Shown piece by piece: positions 57,801 through 64,000 of a stretch of 64,000 nucleotides of DNA; position 1 is the first letter of the stretch, and the number at the start of each line of letters is the position of its first letter. The notes beneath the pieces were generated by a model that had not been told where the DNA came from, made no database searches, and saw only the letters and a program-made list of their open reading frames with translations. Source of the DNA: Polyangiales bacterium (GTDB taxonomy: Bacteria > Myxococcota_A > Polyangia > Polyangiales > Polyangiaceae); contig JBBRLQ010000001.1 of the NCBI GenBank assembly GCA_038231275.1, positions 640,001 to 704,000 on the forward strand, given 5' to 3'. Position numbers and translations under genes: made by a program.

Positions 57801-58733
57801 ATGGGAATCGTCGTCCCCCCCAACGTCGATCTGGCCATGGACGCCCTGGAGCTCGCCGCCCAGACCGCCGAGCGCGGCCAGGCGCCCAGCAGCTACCTGC
57901 GCGCCGGGGTCGACGATTTCAGGGCCGCGGCGACCAAGGACGGTGCCGCCGTGCGCGCGCGCCTCGACCGCGTCGTGATGGGGACCGATCCAGAGCTCGG
58001 CCTCGACGCGCTGCTCGCTGCTGGGGCGCTCGACGCGATCTTCCCCGAGGTCCACGCCATGGTCGGATTCGGCGACGGCGAGTGGCGCCACAAGGACGTG
58101 TGGAAGCACACCAAGCAGGTCGTGCGTCAGGCGGTGCCGCGCCTCGAGGTGCGGTGGGCCGCGCTCTTCCACGACATCGGCAAGACGAAGACGCGCAGCA
58201 TCTCGCCCGACGGCAAGGTCCACTTCCTCGGCCACGCCGAGGTCGGCACGCGCATGTTCGACAAGCTCGAGCGCCGCATGCCGCTCTTCTCGCCGGAGCC
58301 CGCGCTGCGCGACACGGTGCGCTTCCTCGTCCTGCATCACCTGCGCGCCAACCAGTACGAGCAGTCATGGACGGACAGCGCGGTGCGTCGCTTCGCGCGC
58401 GAGCTCGGCGACCACCTGGAGGATCTGCTGTGCCTCGCGCGCGCGGACATCACCACCAAGCGACCCGAGAAGAAGCGGCGCGGCCTCTCGCAAATCGAGG
58501 AGCTCGCCGCGCGCGTGCAGACGCTCAAAGAAGAGGACGCGAAGGTGCCGCCGCTCCCGGGCGGCGTCGGCGACGCGATCATGAAGGCGTTCGACCTCCG
58601 GCCCTCGCGCCAGGTCGGTGAGATCAAGCGCGCGCTCGAGGCGGCGATCGAGACGGGCGAGATCGCCGGGCATCAGGAGAGCGAGGCGTACGTCGAGTTC
58701 GTCGGCCAGAACCGCGCGCGCTTCGGCATCTGA
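57801..58733 (+). CDS. HD-domain protein resembling the C-terminal half of class II CCA-adding enzyme
   Basis: LDAIFPEV..HKDVWKHT, ALFHDIGK.KT, HFLGHAEVG, HHLR, WTDSAVRR, RADITT and GDAIMKAF..VGEI; no GGxVRD, DxD or RRDFT head motifs. Confidence 0.8.
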   Translation: MGIVVPPNVDLAMDALELAAQTAERGQAPSSYLRAGVDDFRAAATKDGAAVRARLDRVVMGTDPELGLDALLAAGALDAIFPEVHAMVGFGDGEWRHKDVWKHTKQVVRQAVPRLEVRWAALFHDIGKTKTRSISPDGKVHFLGHAEVGTRMFDKLERRMPLFSPEPALRDTVRFLVLHHLRANQYEQSWTDSAVRRFARELGDHLEDLLCLARADITTKRPEKKRRGLSQIEELAARVQTLKEEDAKVPPLPGGVGDAIMKAFDLRPSRQVGEIKRALEAAIETGEIAGHQESEAYVEFVGQNRARFGI

Positions 58734-58767
58734 TCGCCGCTCATCGCGAGAGCGAGGGCGTGCTCGG

Positions 58768-60813
58768 CTACGGCGCCTTTTCCTTCGCGCGCTCGTCGAT
58801 CGCTTTGATGGTCTTGGTGAGCGAGCCGTCGCCGTGCAGGCACGGCCAGCAGTCGCGGCGGTTGAGGAAGCCGCAACCCGAGGAGGCCTGGTACCCCTTC
58901 AGGATCGCGCCGGTGCGAAAGTCGCCGATCTCTGCCGCGTGATCGAGCATCTTGCGGATCTCGCACGGCGATTTCTCCGACGCGGCTCGCACTTCGAGTG
59001 CGAGCTTGAGCTCGTCGCTGGAACGGCCGCGCACGTCCGGCTTTTTGAGGAGCGCGCGCGCGCGGGCTTGCCCCTTCGGGTAGTCCTTCACGAGGTACGC
59101 GATGTCGTAGAGGACGTCCGGCCCGTCGGGGCCCATCTGCGAGTCGAGCAGATCGAACGCCTTGTCCTCGGCCTCTTTGCCGCCGGTGAGCGCGGCGTTG
59201 CGAACGTGGAGGCGCAGCGCCTTGTCGCGCGAAAATCCCGCGTCGATCTTGAGCACGCGCGCCACTTCATCCATCGCGTCGCTCGGGCGCTTCGTCGCCA
59301 TGTACGCGTCGAGCAGCGCGCGGTGGATGTCGGTGCGACCCTCGTTCGTCTTCTCGAGCTCGGAGAGCTGCGTGATCGCAGTGCCGTAGTCCCCTTTGTC
59401 GACCAGCGCGATGGCGGTGAGGATGCGCGCCTCCACGTCAGGGCGAATCGGCGGCGGCGGCGGCACCGACGCAGTGGGCTTCGCCGTCGAGCCGAGGGCG
59501 ATCACGCCTCCGTCGGCGCTCGTTTGGCCGCCGGTCTTGCCGCCGGTCATGAGCACCACGAGGAAGATCGCGACGAGCACCACGACGCCGCCCGCCGCCG
59601 CGAGGATGGCCCTCGGCGAGATGCTCACGCGCGGTGTCGGGATCTGTTCGACGAGCTGCGTCGGTCCGGTCCCGCCCGCGCCCTCTGCTCCGACGCCGCG
59701 CGCGGTGATGACGGCGCTGCCGGCGGCGCCCATCTGGCTCAGCGGAGCCATGCCGATCTGGCTCGACGTGGGCGGCCGCGAGCCCGCGTATTTCGCGTCG
59801 ACCAGGCCCTGCGCGGCGAGGTTGGCGAGGACCGTCAGCGTCGCGTCCATCGCCTCGCGCGCGTCCTGGTACCGCTCGCTCGCCTCTTTCGCGAGCAGCT
59901 TCTTGATGAGGGCGTCGACCTCCGGCGGGATGTGCGCCTCCGGGCATCGCTCGCTCGGGAGCGGGATCGGCGCCGTCACGTGCATGCCGAGCAGCGCGAC
60001 CTTGCTCTCGTGATCGTACGGTCGCGAGCCGGTGAGCATCTCGAAGCCCATCACGCCGATCGCATAGACGTCGGCGCGCGGATCGACTTCCTGCCCGAGC
60101 GCTTGCTCGGGGGCCATGTACTCGGGCGTGCCGTAGACCATACCCATCCGCGTGAGCACGGCCCCCTTCTCGCCGTCGCCGCTCGCCGTAACGGTGCTCG
60201 ATTTGTGTGCGAGCTCTCCGACCGGGACCTTCGCGATGCCGAAGTCGAGCACCTTCACGAAGTCGCTTTCGCCTTCGCGCTCGACGAGCATGACGTTCTC
60301 GGGCTTCAGATCTCGGTGCACGATGCCGAGCGCGTGCGCGCGCGTGAGGCCCGCGGCGATCTGTCGGAAGATGTGGAGCGCGCGGCCGAGCTCGAGCCGC
60401 CCCGTGTTGATGAGGTCACGGAGGCTCCGCCCTTCGAGCAGCTCCATGACGAGGAAGAACGAGCCGTCATCGAGCTTGCCGAAGTCGGTCGTCGTCGCGA
60501 CGTTCGGGTGATCGATGTGCGCCGCCGCCATCGCCTCACGCTCGAAGCGCTGCACCACCTCCGTGAGGCGGCTCATCTCCGGATGCAGCACCTTCACGGC
60601 GAGGCGCTTTCGCATGTGGGTGTGCTCGGCCTGGTAGACCGCGCCCATGCCGCCCTCGCCCAACAGCTTCTCGATTTTGTACCGTCCGCTCAGCACGCTG
60701 CCGATGAGCGACGCCGCCCCGCCCGCGCGCACGCTGGGACGGTGATCCCGGCCGCTCGACGGCGGTTCTAGGGACGCGCCTGCCTCGGACTTCGTGGGCT
60801 CTTCGGCGGACAT
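58768..60813 (-). CDS. Membrane Ser/Thr protein kinase with extracellular helical/TPR-like domain
   Basis: LGEGGMGAVY, LAVK, HRDLKPEN, DFG, GTPEYMAPE; TM; C-terminal GCG...DCWPCL. Confidence 0.93.
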   Translation of the reverse strand: MSAEEPTKSEAGASLEPPSSGRDHRPSVRAGGAASLIGSVLSGRYKIEKLLGEGGMGAVYQAEHTHMRKRLAVKVLHPEMSRLTEVVQRFEREAMAAAHIDHPNVATTTDFGKLDDGSFFLVMELLEGRSLRDLINTGRLELGRALHIFRQIAAGLTRAHALGIVHRDLKPENVMLVEREGESDFVKVLDFGIAKVPVGELAHKSSTVTASGDGEKGAVLTRMGMVYGTPEYMAPEQALGQEVDPRADVYAIGVMGFEMLTGSRPYDHESKVALLGMHVTAPIPLPSERCPEAHIPPEVDALIKKLLAKEASERYQDAREAMDATLTVLANLAAQGLVDAKYAGSRPPTSSQIGMAPLSQMGAAGSAVITARGVGAEGAGGTGPTQLVEQIPTPRVSISPRAILAAAGGVVVLVAIFLVVLMTGGKTGGQTSADGGVIALGSTAKPTASVPPPPPIRPDVEARILTAIALVDKGDYGTAITQLSELEKTNEGRTDIHRALLDAYMATKRPSDAMDEVARVLKIDAGFSRDKALRLHVRNAALTGGKEAEDKAFDLLDSQMGPDGPDVLYDIAYLVKDYPKGQARARALLKKPDVRGRSSDELKLALEVRAASEKSPCEIRKMLDHAAEIGDFRTGAILKGYQASSGCGFLNRRDCWPCLHGDGSLTKTIKAIDERAKEKAP

Positions 60814-60897
60814 GAACGGAATTCCTGAAGTATCACACACGGGCCCGCGGAGCACCCGGCGCCGCGCCGACAACGCCACGCCATTTCCGCGTCCATT

Positions 60898-61575
60898 TTA
60901 CATGTCGAGGAGCACCCCGACCATGAGCCCGAGCGCGAAGACCGGCGCCCCCGGGTTGGACAGCAGCAGCTGCGGCTGACCGTCCGCGAAGCCTGCGCGC
61001 CCATTGTCGACGTCGAAGACGCTGCCCGAATATCCGAACGTCGCCCGACCGGACAGCTCGGCCGTGAGGTGCCAAGGCCGTCGAATCTTGTAGGATGCAC
61101 CCACTCCAAAGGGCAGCTCGAAGAAGCCGCCGCCCGCGCCGGTCGCCAGCGTGGGCGTGCGCGTCCCAGCGGTGTCGATCGAGGTGTGGAAGCTCGGTCC
61201 GTACACGCCTGCGTAGCCGAAGCCGACGAAGAGCCACACGCGCCAGGGATCGACGGGCAGCGGCGACGAGACCTTCGCGCGAACGCCGAACGACGTGATC
61301 TGGAGCGCGGACGTGTCGCCCGGCTGCGGAGAAATGTCGTGCCCGAGGTACGCGCCGACGCGCAGGAGCGGCAGCAGCGCGACGTGCCCGTGGAGCTCGC
61401 CCGCCGGACCGATGCCCGCGTCGGAGGCGCCGCGCGGTCGTTTGCCGAGGAAACGCTTCATCGCGCCCGCCTCGGCCGTCGCGTCCCAATGGAGCTGCGC
61501 GCGCGCGGGTGCCGCGACGGCCACGAGCGCGAGGAAGAGCGCGCCTGCCACGAGGAGCCTAGCGATGCGCGCCAC
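60898..61575 (-). CDS. Outer-membrane beta-barrel protein
   Basis: Signal peptide ending ARA, amphipathic strands, C-terminal LGLMVGVLLDM; GTG start inferred. Confidence 0.7.
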   Translation of the reverse strand: MARIARLLVAGALFLALVAVAAPARAQLHWDATAEAGAMKRFLGKRPRGASDAGIGPAGELHGHVALLPLLRVGAYLGHDISPQPGDTSALQITSFGVRAKVSSPLPVDPWRVWLFVGFGYAGVYGPSFHTSIDTAGTRTPTLATGAGGGFFELPFGVGASYKIRRPWHLTAELSGRATFGYSGSVFDVDNGRAGFADGQPQLLLSNPGAPVFALGLMVGVLLDM

Positions 61576-61656
61576 GATGCCGGCACGGTAGCACGAAGGA
61601 AGGTACGCGCTCCGCGACGACGCTTGCCCCACGAGCACGATCGCGATCGACCGCGA

Positions 61657-62199
61657 TCAGGGGAAGCAGCGATCGGGATGGCTCGGCAACGGGTCGCAGC
61701 TCGCCACGCATCCGTTCCCGTCGCACACGGGGCAGCCCGTGTAGTCCCCGAAGCAGCGATCGGCGCACGGCTTTTGCGTCGCCGCCTCTCCCACGCACGC
61801 GCCGTTGCGGCACGACGACTCGCCGGAGAGAAAGATCCCACTGCACGTCGTCCCGCATGCCGTGCCGTCGACGGCAGGGAGCGGTGTGCTGCAGCTCCCG
61901 GCGCCGTCGCACGTCGAGCGGAGGCACGCGCTGCCCGCGTCGCACGCGTGCCGCGGATCGTTGCCGGGCGTGATGGGGATGCAGCATTTGAGGAGGCACT
62001 GCCAGCACGAGGCGAGCGTCCCAGGCCGCACGCAGTCGTTCACGACGGTGCACGAGAGCGCGCTCACGCAGGTGTTGCCCGCCTCGAACGTCCCGCCGTC
62101 GCCTCCCTCGGGCCCGGCGTCGGCCGAAACCGCGGCAGGCCCCGTCGCGCACCCCATCGCGGCCAGCGCGCAACAAAGGGTGAGGCCAGCCGCGCGCAT
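61657..62199 (-). CDS. Cys-rich lipoprotein
   Basis: Lipobox AMGC, DAG/DGG linker, TCDGAGSC and DGTACG motifs. Confidence 0.75.
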   Translation of the reverse strand: MRAAGLTLCCALAAMGCATGPAAVSADAGPEGGDGGTFEAGNTCVSALSCTVVNDCVRPGTLASCWQCLLKCCIPITPGNDPRHACDAGSACLRSTCDGAGSCSTPLPAVDGTACGTTCSGIFLSGESSCRNGACVGEAATQKPCADRCFGDYTGCPVCDGNGCVASCDPLPSHPDRCFP

Positions 62200-62447
62200 C
62201 GGCTCGTCGTACCCGGGACCCCAGGAAACGCAAGGAAGCCCGCCCCTTGCCGTGATCGCGCGCAAAAATGCGCATTTTGGCCGCGCCTCGCGTACCCTCG
62301 CCCGCGTCGCTCGTCCAAACCGCCGTGTTTCCGGCCTCCAAGGGGGCCAGGCAGCTAAGACGACCGACCTCGTGACGTCCTTGACGTAAGCGAGCCCAAT
62401 GCTCTACGAGTCGTGTGTTGTTTTCCTGAGCCCGGCAGTTCGTGGGC

Positions 62448-62463
62448 TGGAAGCACTTTCGCA
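62448..62463 (+). promoter_or_regulatory. Possible sigma54 -24/-12 promoter for the twin lipoproteins
   Basis: TGGAAGC-ACTT-TCGCA has GG-N10-GC spacing; TGACGT direct repeat upstream at 62373 and 62382. Confidence 0.3.
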
Positions 62464-62515
62464 GTAAGTCGCTGTACCAAGGGCCCTCTGGGCTTTGATT
62501 CTGGGAGGAAATGAC

Positions 62516-62722
62516 ATGAAGAAGGGACTCGCCTCTCTGCTCGCTGTGGCTGCCGTGGCCGGCGCGCTCACCGGCTGCGCCTACGGCGGCGTCGGGGCCT
62601 CCGCTGACAAGGCCGTCGTTGCTCGCAACGACGCGTTCCTGTTCGGCATCCTGCGCAAGGTCTACGTCTGCAAGATCACCGACGGTGGTCTCAGCAGCTG
62701 CCAGGATAACGACAGCCCGTGA
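62516..62722 (+). CDS. Small lipoprotein, paralog A (68 aa)
   Basis: SD GGAGGA; lipobox LTGC; core DKAVVARNDAFLFGILRK..VCKITDGGLS.CQ.ND.P. Confidence 0.85.
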   Translation: MKKGLASLLAVAAVAGALTGCAYGGVGASADKAVVARNDAFLFGILRKVYVCKITDGGLSSCQDNDSP

Positions 62723-62801
62723 TCTGATTTCGGCGCACGGTCCAGTCGGTTCGCGTGCGCTTTTTCCAAACTCTCTTTTTCCAAATTCTATGGAGGATAA
62801 A

Positions 62802-63008
62802 ATGCGTAAGGGTATCTCGATGCTTCTCGCGGCCGCGGCTCTCGCCGGGGCGATCTCGGGCTGTGCGTACGCCGGTGTTGGCGCCTCGGGCGACAAGGCC
62901 GTCGTCGCGCGTAACGATGCCTTCCTGTTCGGCATCCTGCGCAAGACGTTCGTCTGCAAGATCACCGACGGTGGTCTCTCGAACTGCCAGTCGAACGACA
63001 ACCCGTGA
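62802..63008 (+). CDS. Small lipoprotein, paralog B (68 aa)
   Basis: SD GGAGGA; lipobox ISGC; near-identical mature core to paralog A. Confidence 0.85.
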   Translation: MRKGISMLLAAAALAGAISGCAYAGVGASGDKAVVARNDAFLFGILRKTFVCKITDGGLSNCQSNDNP

Positions 63009-63128
63009 TCACGGGCCCGCGACCTCTCGGAGGGCGCGGGCAAATCGTCACGAGCAGGCAAGCGTGAGCTCGCCGGGCCAGGGCTGAGGAAACTCAGCCC
63101 TTTGCCTTTAAAGAGTACAGATGAGCCG

Positions 63129-63566
63129 ATGAAGCCTTCCTTGTTGCTTGGTCTCTTCCTCCTTTGCTGCGCGGCGTGCAGCAAGTCTGGCGACGCGCCG
63201 ACGTCGTACGGCGATCCGATCGGCATCCGGGTCTCGTCCGCGAGCGACGCGGGCGGGGGCGTGGACCTCGACGTCGCCGTCGCGGCATCGAAGGGCAAAG
63301 ACTTGAGCGGCGCGGTGAACAAGCTCGCCGTGGCGCTGCACGGCGCGTCGAAGGCGTGCCCCGACCTCGCGAGCCTCGGCACCGACAAGACGCTGCAGGT
63401 GCGCATCGGCGTCGTCGCGGGGAAGCTGAAGGGGCCGGACAACAAGCCGGAGAACAAGCTCGCCGCGTGCGTGGTCGACGCGCTCTCGGGCAAAGAGGTG
63501 CTCCCCGCGACCGAGAGCCTCGAGCTCCTCGCCGAGTTCCGCCTCCACACGGCGAAGGGCACGTGA
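63129..63566 (+). CDS. Lipoprotein, hypothetical
   Basis: MKPSLLLGLFLLCCAAC lipobox, DAG motif and a Cys pair (KACP...ACVVDAL). Confidence 0.75.
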   Translation: MKPSLLLGLFLLCCAACSKSGDAPTSYGDPIGIRVSSASDAGGGVDLDVAVAASKGKDLSGAVNKLAVALHGASKACPDLASLGTDKTLQVRIGVVAGKLKGPDNKPENKLAACVVDALSGKEVLPATESLELLAEFRLHTAKGT

Positions 63567-64000
63567 TGCGCCGCACCGGCTTCGCTGCGCTTCTCGTCGC
63601 GGCAACCTTCGCGTTTCCAATGCGAGCGCTCGCCGACGAGCCGGCGCCGACTCCGAATCCGACTCCAAGTCCGACGCCGATGCCGACGCCGACGCCGATG
63701 CCGACGCCGACGCCGACGCCGACTCCGACTCCGACTCCGACGCCGACGCCGACTCCGACTCCGACTCCGATGACCGATGCGGCACCGGTCGCCGAGCCTC
63801 CGGTCATTCCGGAGGGCCCGCGGAAGCCGCGTCGCAAGATCTACGGCAGCGGGCCTGACGATCTCGGCGAGCGCGCGACCACGTGGGATCTGAACATCGA
63901 GGGCGCCTACGGCCGCGCGTACGCCGATGTCGACAAGCCGGCTGGTTTTGCGCGCATCCGCGGGGGCATCCTTCGCATTCGTGAGCCGCTCTTCTTTGCG
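63566..64000 (+). CDS. Secreted protein with (PT)n linker, probable beta-barrel (runs off the window)
   Basis: TGATG overlap; MRRTGFAALLVAATFAFPMRALA signal; PT repeats at about 63647-63770; frame open to the end. Confidence 0.75.
   Translation, partial: MRRTGFAALLVAATFAFPMRALADEPAPTPNPTPSPTPMPTPTPMPTPTPTPTPTPTPTPTPTPTPTPMTDAAPVAEPPVIPEGPRKPRRKIYGSGPDDLGERATTWDLNIEGAYGRAYADVDKPAGFARIRGGILRIREPLFFA

Noticed and set aside
62516-63008. RiPP precursor interpretation of the twin peptides
   Set aside because: They have classical lipoprotein signal peptides and no modifying enzyme, peptidase or transporter is visible nearby, although the window ends 1 kb later.
63647-63770. Hexamer repeat (ccgact/ccgacg) as a non-coding or mobile repeat
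   Set aside because: It encodes an ordinary (PT)n linker in a secreted protein; a similar tract occurs at about 5045-5095.

Overview
High-GC bacterial DNA, most consistent with a myxobacterium of the Polyangiales/Sorangiineae type. The evidence is an mglB-mglA pair, a FrzS-like pseudo-receiver/coiled-coil protein, four Ser/Thr kinase-like genes and about 16 predicted lipoproteins, many with Ser/Gly- and DAG/DGG-rich linkers. About 64 CDSs are supported; most of the supplied ORF track is GC-rich shadow ORFs. I found no rRNA, tRNA, CRISPR array or transposase. Housekeeping genes include a thiolase, ctaA, queD, mutM, pdxH, hisIE, rimI and add. The most interesting items are: (1) an operon with two lipid-anchored PHM/DBH-type copper monooxygenases flanking a small Cys-rich lipoprotein, followed by heme A synthase and divergent from a large Cys-rich lipoprotein; (2) a minimal cheW / soluble degenerate MCP / dual-Hpt cheA module with no adjacent cheY, cheR or cheB; (3) a membrane pseudokinase with only the C-lobe; (4) a lipoprotein broken at a C9 tract behind a sigma54-like promoter; (5) a desaturase-MerR locus with a double palindromic operator over a near-consensus sigma70 promoter; (6) twin 68-aa lipoproteins; (7) a perfect 34-bp inverted-repeat element; (8) a CCA-enzyme-like HD protein lacking the polymerase head; (9) a 41-aa basic peptide next to mglA; and (10) a recurring leaderless-mRNA promoter signature. 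All calls come from reading motifs by eye; no database search was run.
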